From NCBI GenBank assembly GCA_020632925.1, contig JACKER010000007.1:52910-116909 (forward strand): a DNA stretch of 64,000 nucleotides. The letters are read 5' to 3'. The notes below the pieces were generated by a model, which saw only the letters and a program-made list of their open reading frames with translations, was not told the origin of the DNA and did no database searches. The stretch comes from Alphaproteobacteria bacterium (GTDB taxonomy: Bacteria > Myxococcota_A > UBA796 > GCA-2862545). A program made the translations under genes and the position numbers. The number at the start of each line of letters is the position of its first letter. Within the stretch, counting starts at the first letter, position 1. This document shows, piece after piece, positions 48,571-58,140 of this stretch.

Positions 48571-50457
48571 TCAGCGCCCGGTCCACCGTCCGTAGACCTC
48601 GCTGAGCGCCGGGAGCAGCGCGTCGGGCGTGTGGGTCACGTGCCAACGACCGGCACCCAGCATCCGCGGCAGCCAGGAGACCGCGCCCGGATCGATCGCC
48701 AGCGCGTGGGTGGCGACGCCCATGCCGTTCGCCTCCCGCAGCGCCATCCGGACGTCGGCGATGCCGTAGGGACCTTCGTAGCGGTCGTGGTCGTTGGGCT
48801 TGCCGTCGCTGATCAGGAGCAGCAGGCGCGCATCGGCCGCCTGGCGGGCGAGATCGGCCGTCGCGTGGCGCAGCGCCGGGCCGATCCGGGTGTAGCCCAT
48901 GGGTTCGATCGCTCCGAGGCGGGCGGCACCCACCGCCCACGGCTCGTTCCATCGCTTGATCTCGAGCACGCGGCAGCGGTTGCGGGTGGCGCTCGCGAAG
49001 GCCAGGACCTGCATCCGGTCGCCGAGCCGGTGGGCGACGTCCCCCAGCACCAGGACGGCCTCCCGCGCCACATCGAGCACGCGGCGGTCGGCGACCCAGC
49101 CGTCGGTGGACAGCGATACGTCGAGCAGCACGGTGGTGGCCACGTCGCGGAGATGACGCTGCTGCCGGACGTAGAGCCGCCCGTCTCCAGAGCGTCCGGC
49201 ACGCACGTCGGCGAGGTGGTCCACGATCGCGTCCAGGTCGGGGTGCTCGCCATCGAGCTGGCGCGGACGCGGCGCGAGCCGAGCCCGGTGGTCGGCGAGG
49301 CGACGATGCAGGCGGCTGATGAGACGCTGGTGTCGTGAGCGTGCTTCCGCCGCCCACGAGGGGCGCGTGGCACGGACGGGCGTCGGGTAGACGGTGCACC
49401 AGTCCAGCCGATAGCGGGCGGCACGGTGGTCCCACTCGTCGTAGGCCAGGCCGTGCTCCCCGGGCGCGATGCTCTCCACGTCGGGGATGTCGGCCTTCAG
49501 GTCGAGGTCGGCGCGTAGGACCGAGCCTGCCTCCTGGCCTCCGCGGATCAGGGAGCGGAGGTCGACCTCCTGGAGCGCTTCGAGGTGCTCGTCGAGCTCG
49601 TCGCGGCCGTCCTCGCGCTGGACGGTGCCTTCCCAGGCGTCCAGCGTCTCCACCTTCTCGAAGGTGTGCGTGAGGACCTTCTGCTCCTCCTCCTCGGGGT
49701 CGAGGAGGACGCGGCGCAGGTCCTCGACCGCGGGAGCCTCGTGCTCGGTGCCCGCCGAGGGGGCGCGGTGCTGGTCCGGCGTGCGTCCACTGGTCGCGTC
49801 CTCGGTGTCGGCGGCGAGCAGGGCCCCCCACAGCAACACGGGTGGTCCGTCCGGGCCGCGCTCGTCCGCGAGCCGCGTGAACAGGGAGGGATCGGCCCAC
49901 GGGCGCTCGCCGCGCAGGGTCGCGACGCGGAGGCCCTCCGTCCGTCGGGGGCGTCCGCGCGCCACCTCGGCAGGCCGGGCCAGGAGCTCGGCGGCGACGG
50001 CCTCGTCCCACGCAGGCCCGAACAGCAGGAGCTCCTCGCGGAGGACATCCGCCGCCAGGTCCACCGCGCGCAGCGAGGCTCGGAGCCGCTCGCCCTCGTC
50101 GTCGGGGAAGGGCTGGTCGCGGGACACCCGCCGCATGGCTGCCGCGTGGACCACTCGCAGCAACAGCAGGCCGCGGTTCCCCTCTGGTGTGGAGGCGCGG
50201 TCGACCCAGGCCGGCACGAGCAGATCGCGTCCGCGAACGCCGCCGTGGACGCGCGCGGGCTTGAGGCTCACGGCCTCACCGGCGACGAGCTGCGCGAGGA
50301 GCTCCAGCGGGCGGAGGTGGTCCGCGAGGACCGCGGCGCGTCCGGCGTCGTAGGGCGGGGGCGCGGGGAAGAGGCGCACCCAGAGCGCGCGGACGGCCTT
50401 GAAGACGCCGACCTCCCAGTCGATCTCCAGCAGGTCGCCCGGCCGAAGTCCTCCCAT
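48571..50457 (-). CDS. norD: Nitric oxide reductase activation protein NorD (VWA domain).
   Basis: C-terminal von Willebrand A domain with LLLISDGKPND and metal-site motifs. Position after norQ. 1-nt gap to the norQ stop. Confidence 0.8.
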   Translation of the reverse strand: MGGLRPGDLLEIDWEVGVFKAVRALWVRLFPAPPPYDAGRAAVLADHLRPLELLAQLVAGEAVSLKPARVHGGVRGRDLLVPAWVDRASTPEGNRGLLLLRVVHAAAMRRVSRDQPFPDDEGERLRASLRAVDLAADVLREELLLFGPAWDEAVAAELLARPAEVARGRPRRTEGLRVATLRGERPWADPSLFTRLADERGPDGPPVLLWGALLAADTEDATSGRTPDQHRAPSAGTEHEAPAVEDLRRVLLDPEEEEQKVLTHTFEKVETLDAWEGTVQREDGRDELDEHLEALQEVDLRSLIRGGQEAGSVLRADLDLKADIPDVESIAPGEHGLAYDEWDHRAARYRLDWCTVYPTPVRATRPSWAAEARSRHQRLISRLHRRLADHRARLAPRPRQLDGEHPDLDAIVDHLADVRAGRSGDGRLYVRQQRHLRDVATTVLLDVSLSTDGWVADRRVLDVAREAVLVLGDVAHRLGDRMQVLAFASATRNRCRVLEIKRWNEPWAVGAARLGAIEPMGYTRIGPALRHATADLARQAADARLLLLISDGKPNDHDRYEGPYGIADVRMALREANGMGVATHALAIDPGAVSWLPRMLGAGRWHVTHTPDALLPALSEVYGRWTGR

Positions 50458-50458
50458 C

Positions 50459-51241
50459 TCAGAAGACCAGGGCGACCAGGTCGCGGAGCGCGGTCACCAG
50501 GTCGTCGTCGTCGGTGAGTGCCTGCACGATGGCGACGTCGCAGGCGAGTCTCGGCGGCAGCCCGCTGGCGATGAGGCGAGCGGCTGCCACGAGCAGCCGG
50601 GTGGACGGGATCTCGGCGAGCCCCAGCGAGTCGACGTGGCGGATCTTGTTCGCCAGCGCCACCAGCCGCTTCGCGACGGCGGCGTCGACGGAGGACTCAC
50701 CCACCAGGATGGCCGCCTCGAGCTCGGGTGCCGGCGTCTTCAGCGTCATCGAGACGAAGCGCTGGCGGGTCGAGGGCTTGAGCTCTTTCAGCCCGCGCTG
50801 GTAGCCGGGGTTGAAGCTGACCACCAGCATGAACTCGGGAGAGGCGTCGAGCACCTCGTCGTGCCGCTCGACCACGAGCTGGCGCCGGTGGTCCGCGAGC
50901 GGGTGGAGCACGACGATGACGTCGGGTCGGGCCTCCGCGATCTCGTCCAGGTAGAGGATGGCGCCGGTCCTCACCGCGCGCGTCAGCGGCCCGTCCTGCC
51001 ACACGGTCTCGCCACCCTGCACGAGGTACCGCCCCACCAGGTCCACGGCGTTGGTGTCGTCGTGGCAGGGCACCGTCACGAGCGGGCGCCCGAGCCGCGC
51101 CGCCATGTGCTCCACGAGGCGCGACTTGCCGCAGCCCGTCGGGCCCTTGAGCAGCAGCGGGAGCCGGTCGCGGTACGCGTGCTCGAACACGGCGCACTCC
51201 TGGCCGACCGGCTGGTACCACGGCAGCGGGTCGCCGCTCAT
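50459..51241 (-). CDS. norQ: NorQ/CbbQ MoxR-type AAA+ ATPase.
   Basis: Walker A LLKGPTGCGKSRL and Walker B ILYLDEI. ATG overlaps the norB stop (TGATG). Confidence 0.85.
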   Translation of the reverse strand: MSGDPLPWYQPVGQECAVFEHAYRDRLPLLLKGPTGCGKSRLVEHMAARLGRPLVTVPCHDDTNAVDLVGRYLVQGGETVWQDGPLTRAVRTGAILYLDEIAEARPDVIVVLHPLADHRRQLVVERHDEVLDASPEFMLVVSFNPGYQRGLKELKPSTRQRFVSMTLKTPAPELEAAILVGESSVDAAVAKRLVALANKIRHVDSLGLAEIPSTRLLVAAARLIASGLPPRLACDVAIVQALTDDDDLVTALRDLVALVF

Positions 51242-52599
51242 CACTTCGCCGGGACCGCGGCGTCGCCGTCGGGCTGGACCGCCTCGGGGCTGGGCATGCC
51301 GTAGCGGATGAAGTTCCACACGAACAGCGTGATGCCGACGGTGAACAGGCAGGCAGCCAGGATCAACGCCCAGAAATGAACCTCCACGGCCTTCTGGACC
51401 TCCAGGAAGTCCATGCCGAGGCGCCGCTCGAGGTAGACCTGGGTCACGCCGGCCACCGCGAACGCGCCCGTCATGCAGATCATCCCGATGTTCGAGGCCC
51501 AGAAGGCCCACTCTGCCATCCAGCCCTCGTAGAGCTTGCGCCCGGTGAGCTGCGGCATCGCGTAGCTGATGACCGCGAGGACCAGCATCGCGTAGGCCCC
51601 CCAGAACGCCATGTGACCGTGCATCGCGGTCACGAGCGTGCCGTGGGTGTACAGGTTCACCGAGGGCAGGGTGTGCGCGAACCCGAGGGCCCCGGCGCCG
51701 ACGAAGCTCATGATGCCGCAGCCCACGGTCCAATAGAGCGCGACCCGGTTCGGGTGCTGCCGCCCGCCTCGACGCGCCATCGTGATGCCGTACAGTGCCA
51801 TCCCGAAGAACGCGAGCGGCTCGAGGGCCGAGAACAGGCCGCCGATGGCGAGCCAGTACCTCGGGGTGCCGATGAAGTAGTAGTGGTGGCCGGTCCCGAG
51901 GATGCCGCTGACGAACGTGAAGCCCACGATGACGTACAGCCACTTCTCGATGACCTCGCGGTCGATGCCGGTGAGCTTGATCAGCAGGTACGACAGGATC
52001 GCCCCCATGATCAGCTCCCAGACGCCCTCCACCCACAGGTGGACGACCCACCAGCGGAAGTACGAGTCGAGCACGTGGTTGTCGAACCAGATCATGCCCG
52101 GGAGATAGAGCAGGGCCGCCGACACCAGGCCGACGAGGAGGACGATGCCGGTGGTCGTGTACCGGCGGCCCTGGAAGGTGGTCATCCCGATGTTCCCGAT
52201 GAACATCAGGACGTTGATGACGACGAGGAAGTCGAGCGGACGCGGGATCTCGAGGAACTTGCGACCCTCCCACCAGTCCATGTGGAAGCCCGCGATCGCG
52301 ATCACGCCGACCACCACCAGTGAGGCCCACTGGACCATGGCCAGCTTCGGGCTCCACAGCTCGCGGTTCGACTCCTCGGGGATGATGTAGTAGGCCGACC
52401 CCATGAACCCGGCGAGCAGCCACACCACGAGCAGGTTCGTGTGGGTCGCGCGCATGGCATTGAACGGGATCAGCGGGTGCAGCACGTCGTAGCCGGCGTG
52501 GGCGAAGGCCATCAGGAAGCCGTAGACGATCTGCAACGAGAACAGCAGCATGCAGGTCGCGAAGAAGAACCACGCGATCCGCTGGGATTGGAACTTCAC
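51241..52599 (-). CDS. norB: Nitric oxide reductase large subunit NorB (cNOR, haem-copper oxidase family).
   Basis: 452 aa with 12 TM helices and conserved His ligands (HHYYFIGTP, HGHMAFWGAY). Confidence 0.9.
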   Translation of the reverse strand: MKFQSQRIAWFFFATCMLLFSLQIVYGFLMAFAHAGYDVLHPLIPFNAMRATHTNLLVVWLLAGFMGSAYYIIPEESNRELWSPKLAMVQWASLVVVGVIAIAGFHMDWWEGRKFLEIPRPLDFLVVINVLMFIGNIGMTTFQGRRYTTTGIVLLVGLVSAALLYLPGMIWFDNHVLDSYFRWWVVHLWVEGVWELIMGAILSYLLIKLTGIDREVIEKWLYVIVGFTFVSGILGTGHHYYFIGTPRYWLAIGGLFSALEPLAFFGMALYGITMARRGGRQHPNRVALYWTVGCGIMSFVGAGALGFAHTLPSVNLYTHGTLVTAMHGHMAFWGAYAMLVLAVISYAMPQLTGRKLYEGWMAEWAFWASNIGMICMTGAFAVAGVTQVYLERRLGMDFLEVQKAVEVHFWALILAACLFTVGITLFVWNFIRYGMPSPEAVQPDGDAAVPAK

Positions 52600-52612
52600 G
52601 ATCTCCTCCGGT

Positions 52613-53302
52613 TCAGTGCAGGGTCATCAGCCAGCGGACGAGCTCTTCACGCTCGTTGCCGGCCAGCTTCAGGTCCGGCATGGCGGTGCCGGGCTTGATG
52701 GCCTGGGGGTTGGCGAGCCAGGCGTCGAGCTTCTCCGCGGTGTAGCGGGTGGCGACGTGGTCCAGCGCTGGACCGACGTTGCCCCCCTGCCCGCCGAGCG
52801 AGTGACAGGCCACGCAGACCTGGCCGAACTTCTCGGGCCGTCCCGCCGTCGCGACCGCGCTCACGGCCGTGGCGGGAGGGGGCGCGCGGAGGTCGGGCTC
52901 GGCGGGGAACCCGTTGGTGTCGATCCCACCGATCCAGCCGAGGAAGGCGACGACCGCATCGATCTCCTCGTCCGTGAAGTGGTAGTTCACCATCTTCCGC
53001 TGGCCGGGGAACATCGCCTCCGGGTCGCGGAGGAAGGTCTTCAGCCAGGCCTCGCCTCGGCGCTCGACGACCTTCGTGAGCTCGGGAGCGTAGTAGGCCC
53101 CCTCGCCGAGGATCGTGTGGCAGCCCATGCAGTTGTGGTCGTCCCAGAGCTCGCGGCCGTGGAGCACCTCCGGGGTCATCGCGTCCGCATGGCTGCGGGC
53201 GGGGACCTGGCGGATGGAGTCCACGGTGAGCCCCAGGAAGACCAGCGAGAACCCCGCTGTGGCCGTCAGGAAGAACAGCCTGGCCTGGGACTTGGAGAGC
53301 AT
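52613..53302 (-). CDS. norC: NorC-like membrane-anchored cytochrome c subunit with an extra C-terminal haem c domain (dihaem).
   Basis: TM anchor plus CMGCH, and a second CVACH about 100 aa later. Strong RBS GAGGAGG 7 nt upstream of the ATG at 53302. Confidence 0.8.
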   Translation of the reverse strand: MLSKSQARLFFLTATAGFSLVFLGLTVDSIRQVPARSHADAMTPEVLHGRELWDDHNCMGCHTILGEGAYYAPELTKVVERRGEAWLKTFLRDPEAMFPGQRKMVNYHFTDEEIDAVVAFLGWIGGIDTNGFPAEPDLRAPPPATAVSAVATAGRPEKFGQVCVACHSLGGQGGNVGPALDHVATRYTAEKLDAWLANPQAIKPGTAMPDLKLAGNEREELVRWLMTLH

Positions 53303-53320
53303 GTCGCGCGTCCTCCTCAA

Positions 53321-53334
53321 TGGATGAATGCATC
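53321..53334. promoter_or_regulatory. Near-palindrome GGATGAATGCATCC directly upstream of the norC RBS; candidate NsrR (Rrf2) operator.
   Basis: Contains the ATGCAT core that resembles NsrR half-sites. Lies in the norC/mobB divergent intergenic region. A complementary CAGCGGATG / CATCCGCTG pair flanks it about 95 nt apart. Confidence 0.35.
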
Positions 53335-53514
53335 CGCTGAGCAAGACGCGTGCCGACGGACGAAGACGCTGCGAACGTCGTTGTTGTGGGGGCGTGGAGT
53401 GGGATGGCCCACCGCTGCGTGTGGGATGACACAGCGGATGAATTGGTCGATTGAGTTGGGCTTGGCTCTGGGCCCGGTACGACCGTTGCAGGGTCTCGGG
53501 CGCGGAGGAAGGTG

Positions 53515-54015
53515 ATGCGGCTGCTGGGCGTGGTGGGGGAGAGCGACAGCGGGAAGACCACGCTGATCGAGGGGTTGGTGGGCCGGCTGGTCGCGCGGGG
53601 GAGGGTGGTGCACGCGGTGAAGCGCACCCACCACGACGTCGACGTCGATCGGCCGGGCAAGGACTCGTGGCGGCATCGGAAGGCCGGCGCCTCCGTCGTC
53701 GCGCTGGTCACGCCCACTCGGGTGTGCGTGGTGCACGAGCTCGGCGAGCAGCCGCAGCCCGCGCTGATCGAGGTGTGTCGCTCGCTCGGTCCGTGCGATG
53801 TCGTCCTGGTCGAGGGCTGGCGGGACGGCGACCACCCGCGCCTCGAGGTGGCCGAGGGCCAGGTCACTCCGCGGGTCGGGATCGCCGGGGGGCCGTGGTC
53901 GCGCGACGACCTCGACGCCATCGCGGCCTTCGTCGAGGAATGGCTGGATGGGGCTAGAAGATCGGCCAGAGCCCGTTCGGCGCCAGGATCTCGAGGATCA
54001 GATCGGGGCAGGTGA
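53515..54015 (+). CDS. mobB: Molybdopterin-guanine dinucleotide biosynthesis protein MobB.
   Basis: P-loop VVGESDSGKTTLIE. RBS GGAGG 7 nt upstream. Confidence 0.8.
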   Translation: MRLLGVVGESDSGKTTLIEGLVGRLVARGRVVHAVKRTHHDVDVDRPGKDSWRHRKAGASVVALVTPTRVCVVHELGEQPQPALIEVCRSLGPCDVVLVEGWRDGDHPRLEVAEGQVTPRVGIAGGPWSRDDLDAIAAFVEEWLDGARRSARARSAPGSRGSDRGR

Positions 54016-54346
54016 GCGCCCAGAGCAGGTTGCAGAGCGGTGCCACGCACAGCAGGAGCGCGAGGACGCGCATCGAGGAGCGCCAGGGCTTCGCCGCGAG
54101 GAGTGCCGCCCACGACAACGACGTGAGGCACAGCGTCAGCACGACCGTCCAGGCGATCACGCGCGCACCCCGGGTCGGCTGCAGCCCGGTGAGCATCATG
54201 GCCAACAGCTCGACCGGACCGAGCAGGAGCACGAGCGGGCCACCGAGCACGAGCTGGGTCAGCGGGAACACCAGGAGCGGGACCTGTAGCGCCGTCGCTC
54301 CTCCCAGCACCAACATCGCGCGTCCCCGCTCGGTCTTCGGCACCAT
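53954..54346 (-). CDS. Small integral membrane protein (4 TM), hypothetical.
   Basis: GC3 is very high. RBS GGGAGGA lies before the ATG at 54346. The 3' end overlaps mobB by 62 nt in convergent orientation. Confidence 0.5.
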   Translation of the reverse strand: MVPKTERGRAMLVLGGATALQVPLLVFPLTQLVLGGPLVLLLGPVELLAMMLTGLQPTRGARVIAWTVVLTLCLTSLSWAALLAAKPWRSSMRVLALLLCVAPLCNLLWALTCPDLILEILAPNGLWPIF

Positions 54347-54692
54347 CGGGTCCTCCCGTGGCCCTCTTTGCGCGGGTCGTGCCATCGATGATCCGCGTTC
54401 TTCCGATGGAGGACAGCCGACAACCGACATCGGATGTCGTCGTCGACGACTCGGGATGGTGGTTGCCCCTACGGTGTGCGGGGGCTTGCTCGTGATCGGG
54501 CGGAACAGGAGGCACGCGAGCTGCTGGCGGAGGTGCTGGACGCGCTCCCGTGATTCAGGTTACTCCGGCCGATTCTCGGCCTCCGCGGCCCGCAGTCGCG
54601 GGCCTTGACGAAGAATCTCCTCGTGATTGCCGCGCGAGAGAGCGGGGCGCAAGCGCCTTTTCCGCCCTCACGTACGACAACCACCACTCGAT

Positions 54693-55268
54693 TCAGCTCC
54701 CCAGCTCGACCAACGCCGAGCGGAGGCTCTCCGTGGAGCCGTCCGCGCCCTCCGAGCGGGCGATCGGGTGCCCGTCGGCGTCGAGGAGCACCAACGTGCT
54801 CGTGTGGTGGATCTCGCCGTCGGCGCCCGGACGGTACTGGATGCCCATGACGGCGGCCAGCTCGCGCACGCGGTCCTCGGGCGGGACGGCCAGCACCCAG
54901 CGAGCCGGGTCCGCGCCGTAGCGCTGCGCGGCCTCCTGCAGCGCGGCGGGGTCGTCGCGGGCAGGGTCCAGGCTGACGAGCAGCACGCGCAGATCGGCGC
55001 GGGTCGGGTCGTCCAGGGTCTCCTCGAAGGCTCGGACCTTCTGGACCAGCATCGGGCACGCCGAGTGACAGGACGCATAGAACATCGACACCAGCACCGG
55101 GTGCCCGCGGTGCACGTCGAGCGTGGTGGCGGCGCCGTCCGACGCGGTGAGCGGCACCTCGAGCTCGTACATCGACGGCGCGGCTGCCTCTTCCCCCACC
55201 GGTGGGGTGACGGGGGCGGTCACGGTGGGCGGCTGCTCGGCGCAGGCCAGCCACAACAGTGGGATCAC
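54693..55268 (-). CDS. SCO1/SenC-family copper chaperone (thioredoxin fold), lipoprotein.
   Basis: CHSACP (CxxxCP) and signal/lipobox [12 protein letters not shown] start overlaps the nirV stop (GTGA). Confidence 0.75.
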   Translation of the reverse strand: MIPLLWLACAEQPPTVTAPVTPPVGEEAAAPSMYELEVPLTASDGAATTLDVHRGHPVLVSMFYASCHSACPMLVQKVRAFEETLDDPTRADLRVLLVSLDPARDDPAALQEAAQRYGADPARWVLAVPPEDRVRELAAVMGIQYRPGADGEIHHTSTLVLLDADGHPIARSEGADGSTESLRSALVELGS

Positions 55269-55993
55269 GGGACCTCCGAGGCGCAACGGAACCCGAGGTT
55301 CCGCGTGGTGGTGGTCGCGCGCAGCGAGCTGCGGAAGGCGACCCTCATGAACGCTGCGTAGTCGTCGCGGTCGGCCGCACCGAGCGCCCCCGCGCCACAG
55401 AAGGCGACGCGGTCGGCGCCGGACTGCTCGCGGTTGTCCACCGAGACCAGCGACGCGTTGAAGTCCTCGACCCACTCCCACACGAGATCGTGCAGGTCGC
55501 GCGCACCCCAGCCGTTGGGCGGGCCTCCCACGGAGGGGTGGCGAGGGGGCGTCGGCCGGCCGTACCAGGCGAGCACCTGGGCGAGCTCGGCCTCGCTCAT
55601 CGTCCCGTCCGCTCGTCCCGCGGCGGCCAGCTCCCACTCGGACTCCGTCGGCAGCCGGGCGCCGCGCTCGCGGCAGTAGGCGCGGGCCGCGAACCAGGAC
55701 ACCCGCGTGACGGGCGCGTCGGCCAGCAGGCCCTCGCCCGGGGCTTCGGCGGTGGCCCAGTCCGTGAGGTAGCCCTCGTCGGCGAAGAGCCGGGAGACCC
55801 GATCGCGGCGCCACTCGGGGTGTCCGGCGACGAACACGGCGTACTCGGCGACGGTCACCGGGGTCTCGTCGAGCCCGAAGGCGGCGACGGGGACGGTGGG
55901 ATCGACGCCCTCCACAGGGTAGAGCGGCCGATACGTCCCCGGACCGACCGTGGTGACCCCGGCGAGGGCCAGCGCTGGCCAGGCCGCGATCAA
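55265..55993 (-). CDS. nirV: NirV: formylglycine-generating-enzyme (SUMF1)-family protein.
   Basis: [42 protein letters not shown] and NLGFRCA. TTG start overlaps the nirK stop (TTGA). Confidence 0.7.
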   Translation of the reverse strand: MIAAWPALALAGVTTVGPGTYRPLYPVEGVDPTVPVAAFGLDETPVTVAEYAVFVAGHPEWRRDRVSRLFADEGYLTDWATAEAPGEGLLADAPVTRVSWFAARAYCRERGARLPTESEWELAAAGRADGTMSEAELAQVLAWYGRPTPPRHPSVGGPPNGWGARDLHDLVWEWVEDFNASLVSVDNREQSGADRVAFCGAGALGAADRDDYAAFMRVAFRSSLRATTTTRNLGFRCASEVP

Positions 55994-57468
55994 TGGGCGG
56001 CACCCGGGGGGCGCGGGGTCGAGGCGCGGACCGCGGCGACCTCCTCCGGCGTGACGGGATCGCCCGGATTGCCCCAGGCGCCGCGGACGTAGGTGAGGAT
56101 GTTGGCCACCTCGTCGTCGTTGAGCTGGCTCATCGGCGGCATGACGGAGTCGTAGCTCTTCCCGTTCACCGTGACCTTCCCGGACAGGCCGTTCACCACG
56201 ATGCCGATGGCGCGCTTCTTGTCGGCCATGAGGAAGTCGCTGCCGGCGAGCGGCGGGAACACGCCCTCGAGGCCCTTGCCGTCGGCCTGGTGGCAGGTCG
56301 AGCAGGTGCCCTGGAACAGCGCCTCGCCCGCCTTCGCCCGCTGAGCCGGCGTGGCGGCGTCCCCGGAGGCTGCCGCGACCGCCTGGCCCGACGCCGGGAC
56401 CGCCTTGTCCGCGAGGTAGACCGAGTCGACCTCCTTCCCGGAGTAGACCGGCTTGAGGTCCGGGCCCTCGACCTTGAGCATCCCGATGGCGCCCTTGTTG
56501 AACGCGCGGAACAGGGAGTGGTCGACCAGGATGTAGGTGCCCGGGACCTCGACCGTGAACTCCACCATCGTGGCGCCGCCCGCCGGAACCATCGTGGTCT
56601 GGACGTTCTCCTGCACGTGGCTGCCGGCCTCGGGCCACACGCGGTCGAAGATCTCGCCGATGACGTGGAAGGAGGAGGTGACGTTGGGGCCACCGACGCC
56701 GAAGTAGATGCGCACGGTCTCGCCCGTCTTCGCCTGCAGGGCCTTGTCGCCGACGAGCGCACCCTCGGAGCCGTTGAAGAGGACGTAGGTCGGCTCCTCG
56801 TCGATGGCCTTCTGCATGTCGAAGGGCTGCAGCCCCTTCTCGCGGTACTTGCCGACGGTGTAGAAGTCGCCCTGCATCACGTAGAACTCGCGGTCCACCT
56901 CCGGCAGCCCCTCGGGCGGCTCCACGAGGATGAGGCCGTACATGCCGTTCGCGACGTGCATCCCGACCGGTGCCGTGGCGCAGTGGTAGACGAACAGGCC
57001 CGGGTTGAGCGCCTTGAACGAGAACTGCGACTCGTGGCCGGGCGCGGTGAACGAGCTGGCCGCGCCGCCGCCGGGTCCGGTGACCGCGTGCAGGTCGATG
57101 TTGTGCGGCATCTTGTTGTCGGGGTGGTTCTTGAGGTGGAACTCGACCGTATCGCCCTGGCGGATGCGGATGAACGAGCCGGGCACGTCACCGCCGAAGG
57201 TCCAGAACACGTAGTCGACGCCGTCGCTGATGGGCTCGGTGTGCTCGACGACCTCGAGGTCGACGCGCACCCTGGCGGCGTGGTCGCGGTTCACCGGGGG
57301 CGGGACCTCGGGCGCCTGGGTGAGGACGGCGTGGATGACGTCGCCCGTGGGCTCGATCTTCGCGGCCTCCACCGAGGACAGCGGCCTGGGTGCCGGCGGC
57401 GGGGCGGTCGGCGCCGCTTGGGGGCCGGAGCAGGCGAACAGGGCCAGAAGCGGGAGCAGGGTGCGCAT
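55990..57468 (-). CDS. nirK: Copper-containing nitrite reductase NirK fused to a C-terminal cytochrome c domain; lipoprotein.
   Basis: Cupredoxin motifs HNIDLHAV...[18 protein letters not shown]-terminal CSTCH...M haem c domain. Signal LLALFACSG. Confidence 0.9.
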   Translation of the reverse strand: MRTLLPLLALFACSGPQAAPTAPPPAPRPLSSVEAAKIEPTGDVIHAVLTQAPEVPPPVNRDHAARVRVDLEVVEHTEPISDGVDYVFWTFGGDVPGSFIRIRQGDTVEFHLKNHPDNKMPHNIDLHAVTGPGGGAASSFTAPGHESQFSFKALNPGLFVYHCATAPVGMHVANGMYGLILVEPPEGLPEVDREFYVMQGDFYTVGKYREKGLQPFDMQKAIDEEPTYVLFNGSEGALVGDKALQAKTGETVRIYFGVGGPNVTSSFHVIGEIFDRVWPEAGSHVQENVQTTMVPAGGATMVEFTVEVPGTYILVDHSLFRAFNKGAIGMLKVEGPDLKPVYSGKEVDSVYLADKAVPASGQAVAAASGDAATPAQRAKAGEALFQGTCSTCHQADGKGLEGVFPPLAGSDFLMADKKRAIGIVVNGLSGKVTVNGKSYDSVMPPMSQLNDDEVANILTYVRGAWGNPGDPVTPEEVAAVRASTPRPPGAAH

Positions 57469-57484
57469 GGGAGTCCTCTGGAAA

Positions 57485-57781
57485 TCAGGGGTCGAAGTCG
57501 ATCTTCATTCGTACGAGCCGCACGCCACCCGGCGCGGGCATCAGGGTGTCGCGCCACTCCGCGCCATCGAAGGCGTAGCGGACCTGCACACCGCGAGCGC
57601 CGCCGCGCAGGATCTCGGGGACCCGGGTGGGGTCGTTCTCCGCGAGGGTGGCGAGCTCGCTCGGTCCACCCTTGACGAGCACGTCGAGCACGGTGGCGTG
57701 GTCGCGCAGGTCGGCGAGCAGCGTGCGCAGGGTGGCGTCGTCCAGCAGACCCTCCTGCAGCTCGGGCAGCTCCGCGCTCAC
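57485..57781 (-). CDS. Small hypothetical protein in the nap operon.
   Basis: GTG start overlaps the ferredoxin stop (GTGA). GC3 is high. 98 aa. Confidence 0.45.
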   Translation of the reverse strand: MSAELPELQEGLLDDATLRTLLADLRDHATVLDVLVKGGPSELATLAENDPTRVPEILRGGARGVQVRYAFDGAEWRDTLMPAPGGVRLVRMKIDFDP

Positions 57782-58140
57782 CGCGTCACCGGGCGCAGCG
57801 CGAGGGCGGGGATGGGGGCCGGGCAGCTCGCCACACACTCGCCGCAGCCGGTGCAACGAGGCGCGCGGACGACGATCTCCCGCCCCTGCTGGGTGATGGC
57901 GCCGGGCTCGGGGCAGCGCTCGAGACAGGTGCCGCACTCGGTCCCGAGGGTGAGCAGGCAGAGGCGCGGTGCGATCACAGCCCTGTTGGGGACGTCCCCG
58001 TCGGCGGCGCCCCGAGCGTCCATCGCTTCACGAAAGGCCCGGGCGCGAGCTGCGACATCGGGCGGCACCTCGGCGGGCCGGGATGGTGCGTGCGGCTCGG
58101 CGGCGCGGAACAACGTCAGCAGGGCCCGACGGGTGATCAC
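57778..58140 (-). CDS. 4Fe-4S dicluster ferredoxin (NapF/NapG-like) with a possible twin-arginine N-terminus.
   Basis: CLLTLGTECGTCLERCP and CTGCGECVASCP. N-terminal ITRRALLTLF. GTG start overlaps the upstream stop (GTGA). Confidence 0.65.
   Translation of the reverse strand: MITRRALLTLFRAAEPHAPSRPAEVPPDVAARARAFREAMDARGAADGDVPNRAVIAPRLCLLTLGTECGTCLERCPEPGAITQQGREIVVRAPRCTGCGECVASCPAPIPALALRPVTR

Noticed and set aside
53512-53514. GTG at 53512 as the mobB start.
   Set aside because: The adjacent ATG at 53515 has better spacing to the GGAGG RBS. The difference is trivial.
54469-56003. ORFs 54469..55254 - and the N-terminal two-thirds of 54693..56003 - and 55265..56638 -.
   Set aside because: These are over-extensions or off-frame. 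Domain content begins at the GTG/TTG starts that overlap the upstream stops, which sets the SCO and NirV boundaries.
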